A stretch of 64,000 bases of DNA from Halarcobacter sp. (GTDB taxonomy: Bacteria > Campylobacterota > Campylobacteria > Campylobacterales > Arcobacteraceae): contig CP182352.1 of assembly GCA_048571215.1 (NCBI GenBank), positions 1,568,001 to 1,632,000 on the forward strand. Direction: 5' to 3'. A program made the position numbers and the translations under genes. Below, in pieces: positions 10,204 to 19,678 of this stretch. The first letter of the stretch is position 1. Every line of letters starts with the position of its first letter. The notes beneath the pieces are model-generated. The model saw only the letters and a list, made by a program, of their open reading frames with translations, was not told the origin of the DNA and did no database searches.

Positions 10204-10770
10204 TTAAGTATCTAATACCTTCTTTATCAAATATGCACTATGTAATCTTTCAATCAATGTAAATTGATTATTAATAGGAGAATGTATTTTATTTTCGAAC
10301 AGTTTTATCTTTTCTAAGCCTACATTTCCATTTGTATAAATTAAAATAGGTATATTTTCATCAACACTTTTCAATAACTTAAACCATTCTTCTAATGTTT
10401 TATCATCTTCTGCAAATAAAATAATTATAGAAAAGTTATTTAATTTAATTTTTTCATTACAATTATTTATGTTCTTCATATTTCTAAATTTAGAAAATAT
10501 AGCCATATTATTAATTTTATTTTTATTATCATTACAAATTAAAATCTTACTTTCTCTAAAATCTTTAATATTTTTTATATCATTTAAATGCTCTAAAATT
10601 TCATTTCTATATCCATCAAACATTGAAGATAATTTATCTTTAATATTAGCATTAAAATAATCAGAAGTTTTTTTATCACATATAGTCTTAATAAGAAAAT
10701 ATATTAATACACCTAAGAATCCAATAATCAAGGCTAAAACTACTTTTGATATCAAACTTTCAAATTCCAT
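10204..10770 (-). CDS. CRISPR-associated membrane-anchored protein (N-terminal TM helix, helical linker, small alpha/beta receiver/Rossmann-like domain); candidate type III effector
   Basis: TM VVLALIIGFLGVLIYFLI; strands KILIC, FSIIILF, IPILIYT; last gene of the cas operon, ATG 2 nt after upstream stop. Confidence 0.6.
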   Translation of the reverse strand: MEFESLISKVVLALIIGFLGVLIYFLIKTICDKKTSDYFNANIKDKLSSMFDGYRNEILEHLNDIKNIKDFRESKILICNDNKNKINNMAIFSKFRNMKNINNCNEKIKLNNFSIIILFAEDDKTLEEWFKLLKSVDENIPILIYTNGNVGLEKIKLFENKIHSPINNQFTLIERLHSAYLIKKVLDT

Positions 10771-10772
10771 TT

Positions 10773-11832
10773 TTATTTTCCTCTTTTTCCATTAGATTTT
10801 TTTCTCTCAATAAAATAACTTGAATAATCATAAGACTCAATTGAATTATCAATTTTATGAAGGATAGAATTTATCTGAGTATAAATACTTTCTAAATCTT
10901 TTATTTCATCCTTCACAATAACTCTATTATGAGCTATTGCATTTCTTATCTTGGATAGTTTTTTCCACTTCACATCAAATAAATTTTGTTTATTTTCTAA
11001 TAAATTGCAAAAATATAATTCCCAATTTGTTTTAGGTAAAAACTTTTCTAAATCATCTATACAAGTTAATTTTCTCTCTAAGTATCTATTAATCAACTCT
11101 TTTTTTTCTTCTTTCGTTAATCTCTCATATGGTATAAACAAAAAATCCCTTATTTCTTTAAAGTCTACATAATACAAAATATCTCCACACTTGTAATCTA
11201 AATTATTATTTTTTCTTTTAACTCCATTTTTAATTTCTGTGGGAATAGTTTTGTCATACCAATTTGCACCCATAAAACGATACATTACCTTTGTTAAAAC
11301 TTTTCGCATCATAAAGCTTTGGATAATATTCATTACATATATATGCCTCATATGAATTAGATAGAACTAAGGGCTTATTTTTAGTTTCATCCATAATTAC
11401 TTTTTCTAGATACTCTTTTATATTTTCAAATAAACTAATTTTTTTTATACTATAAGGTGTATTCTTATAAGATATTTCCGAATCATCAACTTTTGGTTCA
11501 TTTTCATTTGTGCCAGTAATGTCCATTTCTTCTTCATAGAATAAATCACATTTTTTTTCAATATTATCAAATGTAATGGAAAAAATGAATATTCCTTCTT
11601 TTAGCATTTTAAATTGATAATTAAACTTTATTTCTTCATCATCATTAATAAAAAAATATTTACCATCTTTATTTATTTCTATAGATATATCTATTTCTTT
11701 TCCATCAATTTCAAATCTACTAATACTTTCCAAATTTCCTAAAATAATATGATTAAGAAAAAAATCTTCTTCTTTTTTGATTTTTGAAATAGCATTAACA
11801 TCAATTAAATATTCTAATTCGTAATTATTCAT
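10773..11832 (-). pseudogene. HEPN-domain RNase candidate (Swt1/Apea-like) split into two overlapping ORFs (11254-11832, 10773-11351) by a frameshift near 11310
   Basis: C-terminal ORF has RNAIAH (R-x4-H); YYPKLY in frame 1 is followed after one extra base by MRKVLTKVM in frame 2; second ORF lacks an evident RBS. Confidence 0.7.
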
Positions 11833-11834
11833 AA

Positions 11835-12935
11835 CTATTCTTCTATCTCACACAATACCCATCCAAAAGGTAGTAAGGTATCAATACTATCTTCATTCTC
11901 TCCAAAAAGCCATGTAGTTGTTTCTTCTTCTAAGTTTTCCCAAATATTTTTCTTTCGTTTAGGACCGCCACCACTAACTTTTACTTTTATATTTCTTAAA
12001 CCATCTATTGTTACAGTTCTTGCTCCACTATGTTTTCCAATCCGTAATAAAAATTGATTTTTATTTTTAAACTCAAAGTTTAAATACTTTTCATAAAAAT
12101 CTTCTCTAAAATAATCAATTATAAAATCATATTCTAAAGAATCTTTATATAAATTTTTTTGTCTAAACATAGAATCAAATAATTCATAATAATGATCATT
12201 GCATGATTTTATTATCTTTTCAATTGTTATTTGCTCTTTAGAATTATAATCTTTAATTTGTAAAGATGTTTCAAATTCAGATTTTTCACATATAACTTCA
12301 ATTTTTGTTGATGGTCCTTGATTGTCATCTTCAAATCTCTCTTTATTTAAAGAAAAACCTATAAGAGAGGAACTATTTAGTATTTTTGTATCAGATATAG
12401 AAATATTTTTAAAAATACTTTCACTTGGCATTTGAAAAGTTTCTTTCAATTTTGAGTAGTTACTATTTTTGTAAATATATTCTTGATATGCAGTTGAGAT
12501 TGAGCCTTTGATACTACTTCCTGTAATATATGGATTACCAGTTATTTCATCTTTTATTGTTTTTTGAATTTGAAATTGGTTTATTACAGGTTTTTTTATT
12601 CCTGAGCCTTCAAATTTAGATATTATACCTATTCTCCTATTATACTCTTTTTCGATACCCTGGGTAACTTTCACTTTTAAGGTAAAAATATTTTTTACTA
12701 TATCTTTTCGTTTTTTTATAAATTTATTTATAGAAGATAATGCTAAGTTATCTTCTCTTGTTACTAATTCTTCAAATTTTGTTTTATCTTCTTTTGATAA
12801 ACTTTCAAAAAAACTAAATTCATCAAATTCATAAAGGAAACCATTATCTATAACGAAGTTTGTAGGTTCATATGATTCTCCTATGCCAATATGCATAGGA
12901 GTTAAAAGAGTCATTTTTAATTTATAAGTCTTCAT
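11835..12935 (-). CDS. csm5: Type III-A RAMP Csm5
   Basis: LTPMHIG, PYITGSSIKGSI, LRIGKHSG, LPFGWV. Confidence 0.9.
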   Translation of the reverse strand: MKTYKLKMTLLTPMHIGIGESYEPTNFVIDNGFLYEFDEFSFFESLSKEDKTKFEELVTREDNLALSSINKFIKKRKDIVKNIFTLKVKVTQGIEKEYNRRIGIISKFEGSGIKKPVINQFQIQKTIKDEITGNPYITGSSIKGSISTAYQEYIYKNSNYSKLKETFQMPSESIFKNISISDTKILNSSSLIGFSLNKERFEDDNQGPSTKIEVICEKSEFETSLQIKDYNSKEQITIEKIIKSCNDHYYELFDSMFRQKNLYKDSLEYDFIIDYFREDFYEKYLNFEFKNKNQFLLRIGKHSGARTVTIDGLRNIKVKVSGGGPKRKKNIWENLEEETTTWLFGENEDSIDTLLPFGWVLCEIEE

Positions 12936-13831
12936 TTTATTTCCTTTAAAGGAAAGAGTATAGAATACCCTTGATGTATAGCTTTTTCAAATGATGATAT
13001 ACCTTTAATAGCTTTACCATCATAAAATCTCTCTTTAGTGAATTTATATTTAATCACTGTTGAGTTTTTTGCTAAAAGTATAGGTTTTTTAAATGGATTA
13101 TCATTATCTACTTGGCTGGAGTTTTTACCAAATTTTGTTAAAGGAGAATAATATAATTCTTCACACTCTAAATTTTCCAATGAAATAGAAGATAATGTCA
13201 TATACGTTGTTGTTTCATTTTTTAAACTTATTTCTTCAAAATCTTCTTTTTGAAATATAAACCTACCTTTTCCTATAGAAGTTTTTTTGCCATAACCAAA
13301 CTCTGATATAAACTCCATACACTCTAATAATTTTTCTTTTTTAAATTGTTTTGATAATAAAAAATATATATCAAATTCAAAATCTTTTATTGGATATTCT
13401 TCTATACCAAAAGGTGAGAATCTATCTTTTTCGGTCCTAAAAGCAAGATAATTTAATGAGTTTTTCATAACATTTATTTTTTTATTTAAATCAACTCTTC
13501 CCTCTATATTATTGATATTTTTAGCATTTATATAATTTCCATTTTCTAAATCTTTTATTTTCAGCCACAATTTTTTTGAATTATTTTTCTTTTCTTTACT
13601 ATTTTCTTTTAAAAATTTCATAGGCATATTTGGCTTTGGAAGATAACCTTTAGGGAAGCCATCTGAAACAATCAAAAAGGGATTTTTATCATATTCTAAA
13701 AGTAATTCTTCTAACTTATCTTCACCATACTTATTTTTAATTGCCCAACATATTTGACCAAATAGAGTATCTCCTTGCAAAGATGTTGCAAAATTAGAAA
13801 TAGGCTTTATAGTAAGTTTATAAAGTTTCAT
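12932..13831 (-). CDS. csm4: Type III-A RAMP Csm4 (Cas5 group)
   Basis: GDTLFGQICW, VSDGFP..YLPKP, GYGKKTSIGKGRF; start moved to ATG 13831. Confidence 0.9.
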   Translation of the reverse strand: MKLYKLTIKPISNFATSLQGDTLFGQICWAIKNKYGEDKLEELLLEYDKNPFLIVSDGFPKGYLPKPNMPMKFLKENSKEKKNNSKKLWLKIKDLENGNYINAKNINNIEGRVDLNKKINVMKNSLNYLAFRTEKDRFSPFGIEEYPIKDFEFDIYFLLSKQFKKEKLLECMEFISEFGYGKKTSIGKGRFIFQKEDFEEISLKNETTTYMTLSSISLENLECEELYYSPLTKFGKNSSQVDNDNPFKKPILLAKNSTVIKYKFTKERFYDGKAIKGISSFEKAIHQGYSILFPLKEIK

Positions 13832-13833
13832 CA

Positions 13834-14511
13834 CTATTCCCATTTATCTTTATTACTAAAACTCACTCTTCCATAACCTCTTGTACCGTTTCCACCTAAA
13901 TAATCATCTTCAATAAGTTCTAAACCTTTTTTCACTATATCTTTTAATTTATCTTGTTCATCGTCAAATGGTTTATCTTCAATAATTTTTAAAGAAATAA
14001 TATAATTAAACTTTACCCCCCTACATACTCTTTCAGTTTGTCTTGGATGTTTTGCTGTTCCATTTGTTCTATCTATTACATTTTCATATTTTGATTCGGT
14101 AAGATTTTTTATATCTTTTTGTTCAATAAGACTACAATCAGAAAAGCTAAGTCTTGTAACACCATAATTTTCTCTTTTTTCTTCAGAATTCGCATCTCCA
14201 AAAAGTTTTATTAGATTTACTGCTTTCTCTTTTTTTCCCTCTTTTTCAAAAACTACATCAGAAAAATATTTTGAAGAAAAAGGTTTCCCTTTTTCCTTAT
14301 CATCTCTTCCAACATTAACCAATCCAAAATGCCATTCTAGTAAACTTCTCATCTTACCTTTTATACTACTTCCAGGGACATAAGGTTTATCAGTATTTAT
14401 ATCTTTTATAACACTATTACTAACACCTCCAATTTTCATAACATCATCACCAGCACCAATATGTAAACCTGTTAATACTTCTAACTCTCCAACTAATTTT
14501 AATATTTTCAT
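13834..14511 (-). CDS. csm3: Type III-A RAMP Csm3 (Cas7 group), catalytic Asp apparently replaced by Ser
   Basis: TGLHIGAG, PYVPGSSIKGKMRSLLE, PRQTERV, YLGGNGTRGYG; IGGVSNSVIKD in place of IGxxDxxVIKD; start ATG 14511 with GAGGGG RBS. Confidence 0.93.
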   Translation of the reverse strand: MKILKLVGELEVLTGLHIGAGDDVMKIGGVSNSVIKDINTDKPYVPGSSIKGKMRSLLEWHFGLVNVGRDDKEKGKPFSSKYFSDVVFEKEGKKEKAVNLIKLFGDANSEEKRENYGVTRLSFSDCSLIEQKDIKNLTESKYENVIDRTNGTAKHPRQTERVCRGVKFNYIISLKIIEDKPFDDEQDKLKDIVKKGLELIEDDYLGGNGTRGYGRVSFSNKDKWE

Positions 14512-14512
14512 T

Positions 14513-14875
14513 TTAATCTCTCCCCTCAAAAAAACCTAGCACAGCTTCAAAAAAAAGTTTAAAACAAAGCAAAGTATCTTTTATATTTTCTTTTGTAATT
14601 AAACTTACACATTGACTCATCATATCCTGAAATTCTTTTGATACAACACCCCTACTTCTTGCATATGATACTTTTGAATTTAACATTTTTACAAAAGGAA
14701 TAATATTTTCAACATCTTCATTATTTTTATTCAACTTATTTTCTAAATCCATTATATATTCATAAAAATTTCTAAGTTGTGTTTTTTTAGTTTTACCTAT
14801 AGCTAAAGCCCATTCTTGCGCAACTTTATTAAAAAGTTCTTCATTTTTTGTATAATCTAATACTATATTTTGCAT
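14513..14875 (-). CDS. csm2: Type III-A small subunit Csm2 (Cas11)
   Basis: TQLRNFY, SKVSYARSR, FFEAVLGF; position between cas10 and csm3. Confidence 0.9.
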   Translation of the reverse strand: MQNIVLDYTKNEELFNKVAQEWALAIGKTKKTQLRNFYEYIMDLENKLNKNNEDVENIIPFVKMLNSKVSYARSRGVVSKEFQDMMSQCVSLITKENIKDTLLCFKLFFEAVLGFFEGRD

Positions 14876-16441
14876 CTAGTCTCTCCCTTTATAAATAAAT
14901 TCACTTATTACCATCTTTGAAGCTTTTGGATTTTTCTCTATTTGTGTATCTAAGACTTTATATAAATCCTCATAACTTTCTTTTTTCATATTTCTTCTAA
15001 AACTATAATTTAGTTTTGATTTCCACATAGTAGATAAAACATCACCCTCTTTAACTTTTATTGACATTTCTATTAATTCTAAAAGAGAATAAAAAAATGC
15101 ACTTTTTTTATCTTCTTCTTCGATTTTACTAAGCTCATTTTCTAATACTTTTTTTACATCAATATACTCTTGCCACTTTACAGTTTCATCAAAAAGTGTA
15201 ATAGAGTCTTTATCTTGGTTTTCTTTTGATTTTTCAAGTAACTCTTCAATCTTAGAAGACATATAAGATATTGGTACATTTTCTTTACTTAGCATAATTG
15301 CTACACTTAATGTAAGGTTTTCGTTTGAAAAATTTCTAAATTCTTTATATATTTTTTCTGAAAAATCTATTATTTCATTCCATGCACCTATAATAAAAAA
15401 GTCATCTCCACCTGTAAAAACTACATAAGTATTTTTATAGTTTTCTTCTAAAAATTCTGGTACTTTTTGAGTGAAAAAGTTGTTTAAAGTATAAGAAAAA
15501 TAAATATAGTTTTCATAACTATCAAAAGCATTACTCTTATCTTTAATAAATTCTCCTAAACTATCAACATCACCTTTTATTACAGCTAAGTTTTCTGCAC
15601 CTTCTGTATTTTTTGCTAAATCATCAAAACTATAAGCCACACCTTTTTCGTTTGATTTTACATAAGATTTAATTTTCCAAAATTCTTTTAGGCTTTTAAA
15701 TTCATCATTTTCATTTTCTGAAAATGAAACATGGTAGTTATTGAAAATCTTTATACCACTATCATCATTTGAAATTTTCATATAATTTTTACTTGCTAAA
15801 TTTTCACCTAACTTTATAAAATCGTCACAAATTTTACAAACTTCTTTTTCCTCTTGTATTCTTCTTATTCCACAGGTTTTACATAGTGTTTGATTAGTTG
15901 GAACATCAACATAATCCAAAACTGTATTTTGATTTTGTAAATTAAACTTATTAAACTTTGCAAACTCCATCTTTTCGTTTAGTTTTTCTCTGATTTCTCT
16001 AAATTCTTTAGGATTAATTAGATATGATTTTAAAATATCCATGGATACAAGCTTTACCCCTGCTAGGGCAAAAAAGTTTTCTATAAAGTAATTATCTACT
16101 TCTTTTTGAATCTCTTCAATTTTATTTTTGTCAACTCTTGGAGATAGTATTTCTATTTTTCCAGCCTCACTAAAAATAATATTTTCTTCCTCTAGTCCTA
16201 AAACTTTTAGTATATATAGGGATAATACTTTTGTAAATATTTGTACATAAGCTGATTTTGCTCTTAATACTTTATAAGCTTTTGATGATGGTACATTTTC
16301 AAAAATAAAGTTTTGTATTCCATAAAAATCTGCACAAATGATAGTCAACTCATTGTCTTTTAAAATATCATCTATTTTTAAAATATCTTTTTTAAATAAT
16401 TCACTATATTTTTTATTAAATACATTTTTAACTTCTATCAT
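14876..16441 (-). CDS. cas10: Cas10/Csm1, short form lacking HD domain, cyclase motifs intact
   Basis: ADFYGIQNFIF (Palm1) ~35 residues from the start, CxxC..CxxC, KGDVDSLG and TGGDD (Palm2); only ~521 aa. Confidence 0.93.
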   Translation of the reverse strand: MIEVKNVFNKKYSELFKKDILKIDDILKDNELTIICADFYGIQNFIFENVPSSKAYKVLRAKSAYVQIFTKVLSLYILKVLGLEEENIIFSEAGKIEILSPRVDKNKIEEIQKEVDNYFIENFFALAGVKLVSMDILKSYLINPKEFREIREKLNEKMEFAKFNKFNLQNQNTVLDYVDVPTNQTLCKTCGIRRIQEEKEVCKICDDFIKLGENLASKNYMKISNDDSGIKIFNNYHVSFSENENDEFKSLKEFWKIKSYVKSNEKGVAYSFDDLAKNTEGAENLAVIKGDVDSLGEFIKDKSNAFDSYENYIYFSYTLNNFFTQKVPEFLEENYKNTYVVFTGGDDFFIIGAWNEIIDFSEKIYKEFRNFSNENLTLSVAIMLSKENVPISYMSSKIEELLEKSKENQDKDSITLFDETVKWQEYIDVKKVLENELSKIEEEDKKSAFFYSLLELIEMSIKVKEGDVLSTMWKSKLNYSFRRNMKKESYEDLYKVLDTQIEKNPKASKMVISEFIYKGRD

Positions 16442-17259
16442 CAAATCTCCTTAACCTCTATTTTCCCAAGTCCAAAAACTGTTTGTTTTCCTACATTTAA
16501 TAGTTCTGCTATTTTTAGTATTTTATAGTTTTGTTCACTTAAATCTTTTACAACTAAACTTCCCATTACACCATCAAATTTCATTTTTGTTTTTTGGGGA
16601 CTACTATATCTTGTAAGATTTTTTTTATAGAGGTTTTTATTTACTACTTTATACTCTTTTGTTACTTCTAGTTTTGGCGCATTTGGATAGATGTATTCAT
16701 ATCTTTTTCTACTTGAAAGCAAGATATCAAAAAGGTCTAAACTATCATCATATATAAGTTTATTTTCTTTTTTTATTCTTATGGGTGTTAGTATATTTAT
16801 AGCTACGTCTTTTTTTGTTTCACTCTCTTTATACTCTTTTTGTGTAATATTTTTTAAATCAAAGGTTTCGTTTTCATAAACCAAAATATCATTTACATAT
16901 ATTTTAAACTCATTAAAATACTTATTCTCTTTTCCAAGACCAATAGAAGTTAATAACTTATGAAAACTTGAAAGTATAAAAGGAAGTTGTTCACATACCT
17001 CATCAAAAAGATAAAAAGAAAAATCATAAGATTTGTTGCCAAGAGATATATCAAATCTATATTTATGATAATTATCTTCCAAATAAAATGTGTAAAAAAG
17101 ACAATTATCTTTTGCAAAACAATTTTCACATTCGTATGTTGGATTTATGCAAACCACTTTTTTAAGAGCATACCCCAAAGCCCCACGAAGCTGACTTCCA
17201 GTAAAATAAGGAGGCATATACTCTTCATATATTTTTATATCTATTTTGTAATATTTCAT
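16441..17259 (-). CDS. cas6: CRISPR endoribonuclease Cas6
   Basis: GSQLRGALG, Cys cluster, C-terminal VGKQTVFGLG Gly-rich loop. Confidence 0.9.
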   Translation of the reverse strand: MKYYKIDIKIYEEYMPPYFTGSQLRGALGYALKKVVCINPTYECENCFAKDNCLFYTFYLEDNYHKYRFDISLGNKSYDFSFYLFDEVCEQLPFILSSFHKLLTSIGLGKENKYFNEFKIYVNDILVYENETFDLKNITQKEYKESETKKDVAINILTPIRIKKENKLIYDDSLDLFDILLSSRKRYEYIYPNAPKLEVTKEYKVVNKNLYKKNLTRYSSPQKTKMKFDGVMGSLVVKDLSEQNYKILKIAELLNVGKQTVFGLGKIEVKEI

Positions 17260-17262
17260 CAA

Positions 17263-17478
17263 ATAACTTTTAAATATTGTATTTTCTTTTATTATATTAT
17301 AAATTATATTAATCTTTTAAAATAACTTTTTCCAACTAAATTTAAAAAAATCTATGATAAACTACCATAATATCAAAGTTCTTTAAAAACCTATTGTTTT
17401 TAATAAAATGCTTGGAAAAATCCAATCAAATCCCATAAAAAGGGGAAATTAAGATTTTAAAAGCACCTATTTACTTTG
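17263..17478 (+). promoter_or_regulatory. CRISPR leader / divergent promoter region
   Basis: AT-rich non-coding stretch between the cas6 start and first repeat; degenerate repeats are at the opposite end. Confidence 0.65.
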
Positions 17479-19597
17479 GTAGAGACCTGACATATAAGGG
17501 ATTAAAACGACTATCAAGTGCTTTTATATTTTTATTATCTACTGTAGAGACCTGACATATAAGGGATTAAAACTTAAAAACAGACATCTATATTCTCCTT
17601 ATTGTTTGTGTAGAGACCTGACATATAAGGGATTAAAACTTACTAGAGCTGTAAATTTTACAGAGTTACCAGAGTGTAGAGACCTGACATATAAGGGATT
17701 AAAACGAGTTATTATGAATTTTTATTGATTTTGTTAAAAAGTAGAGACCTGACATATAAGGGATTAAAACTATTATTACTTAATATTTTATTTTATAACA
17801 ATTTTTCTGTAGAGACCTGACATATAAGGGATTAAAACTACTATTTAAAGCCATGATATCCCCCTTACTTTTCTGTAGAGACCTGACATATAAGGGATTA
17901 AAACGTAGATAACTAAACATTCTATTATTTTATCAACTTGTAGAGACCTGACATATAAGGGATTAAAACCTGGGTGAAAAACTTGGAGTGGTGGGAAGAA
18001 ATATGTAGAGACCTGACATATAAGGGATTAAAACAAATAAGATAATCCCTCTGCAATAGTATTAAATCCGTAGAGACCTGACATATAAGGGATTAAAACT
18101 GAAAAAGAGAAACACTAGCAGAATGAATATAATTACGTAGAGACCTGACATATAAGGGATTAAAACATTTGTAATTAATCCATATCTTGTAATGCTCCTT
18201 GTAGAGACCTGACATATAAGGGATTAAAACGCATCTTTGTATATGTCTTTCCATATCCAAAAAGCTAGTAGAGACCTGACATATAAGGGATTAAAACATA
18301 ATCACCAATTAGCTTTAAATCTTCTTTTTTATAGGTAGAGACCTGACATATAAGGGATTAAAACCAATTTTACTTAGTTCAAAAAGACTGTAATCTTCAT
18401 TGTAGAGACCTGACATATAAGGGATTAAAACTCCACTAAGTCTTTTTTGGAAGTCTTTAAGTTAAGAGTAGAGACCTGACATATAAGGGATTAAAACATG
18501 ACACTTGAAACTTTTTTTAACACAAACGAAACAGTAGAGACCTGACATATAAGGGATTAAAACTTAAAAGCGTGAAGTTGATCTATTAGTTCTGTACCGT
18601 AGAGACCTGACATATAAGGGATTAAAACTATAGTTCCACATCTTTTGTCTAATACTTATTTTGTAGAGACCTGACATATAAGGGATTAAAACATTAAAGG
18701 TTGAGCTGTATCATAGTTTACTCCTAGTGTAGAGACCTGACATATAAGGGATTAAAACTAGCATATGCTATTTTGTTTTCGACACTAGATAAGTAGAGAC
18801 CTGACATATAAGGGATTAAAACTTTACATAAGTTTCATTTAGTGTTAAATATGCTTCTGTAGAGACCTGACATATAAGGGATTAAAACTTTGAAAATGCA
18901 AAAGGTCTTTTATGTTCCGCATCATTGTAGAGACCTGACATATAAGGGATTAAAATTGAAATAAAATTTATCAAACCAAATAATAAACCTAGTAGAGACC
19001 TGACATATAAGGGATTAAAATGCAGATACAACACAAAAACCATTATCTTTGAATGCTGTAGAGACCTGACATATAAGGGATTTAAAATACCTATGCCTAA
19101 TTGTTGTCTACCTTGTACTTGTAGTAGAGACCTGACATATAAGGGATTAAAATTTCCAAATATGGTGAACAGTAGGTGCAATATCATGTAGAGACCTGAC
19201 ATATAAGGGATTAAAATAATTTTACTGTTGCACTTACACTAGTTGCAGCCATTGTAGAGACCTGACATATAAGGGATTAAAATAATGATGTAAATACTCG
19301 TAATCAGGACAATCAAACTGTAGAGACCTGACATATAAGGGATGTTTTTAATAAATAAGGAATAACGAATAATGAATAATCTTCTTCAACTTTTCATTTT
19401 TCACTTTTCATTATTCATTTATATTGACCTGACATATAAGGAATGTTTTTAATGAATAATGAATAATCTTCTTTAATTTTTCATTTTTCACTTTTCATTA
19501 TTCATTTATATTGACCTGCCATATAAGGGATTAAAACGATACACACATATCAAATTGTTTCTCTTCAAAGCTAGTAGAGACCTGACATATAAGGGAT
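17479..19597 (+). CRISPR. CRISPR array: 30-bp repeat GTAGAGACCTGACATATAAGGGATTAAAAC, 28 full repeats plus disrupted trailer repeats, 29 spacers of ~34-38 bp
   Basis: Repeats counted by eye from 17479 to 19254, partial copies at 19320, 19426, 19513, 19574; 3' end ATTAAAAC resembles the Cas6 8-nt handle. Confidence 0.98.
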
Positions 19598-19677
19598 GTT
19601 TTTAATGAATAAGGAATAACGAATAATGAATAATCTTCTTCAATTTTTCATTTTTCACTTTTCATTATTCATTACTA
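19344..19677. repeat. Three copies of a 68-82-bp heptamer-based inverted-repeat element interleaved with CRISPR repeat fragments
   Basis: GTTTTTAAT(GAATAAT-like)n-CTTCTT-(TTTTCAY)n TATTCATT starting at 19344, 19445, 19598. Confidence 0.88.
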
Positions 19678-19678
19678 T

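Noticed and set aside
11300..11325. Programmed ribosomal frameshift in the HEPN gene
   Set aside because: No X XXY YYZ slippery site or obvious stimulatory hairpin; a deletion fits better
18167..18200. Spacer whose reverse complement starts with AAGGAG
   Set aside because: The following ATG hits a stop after two codons; probably internal coding sequence
18882..19202. 106-aa ORF on the minus strand
   Set aside because: Lies inside the CRISPR array; repeated NPLYVRSL is the translated repeat
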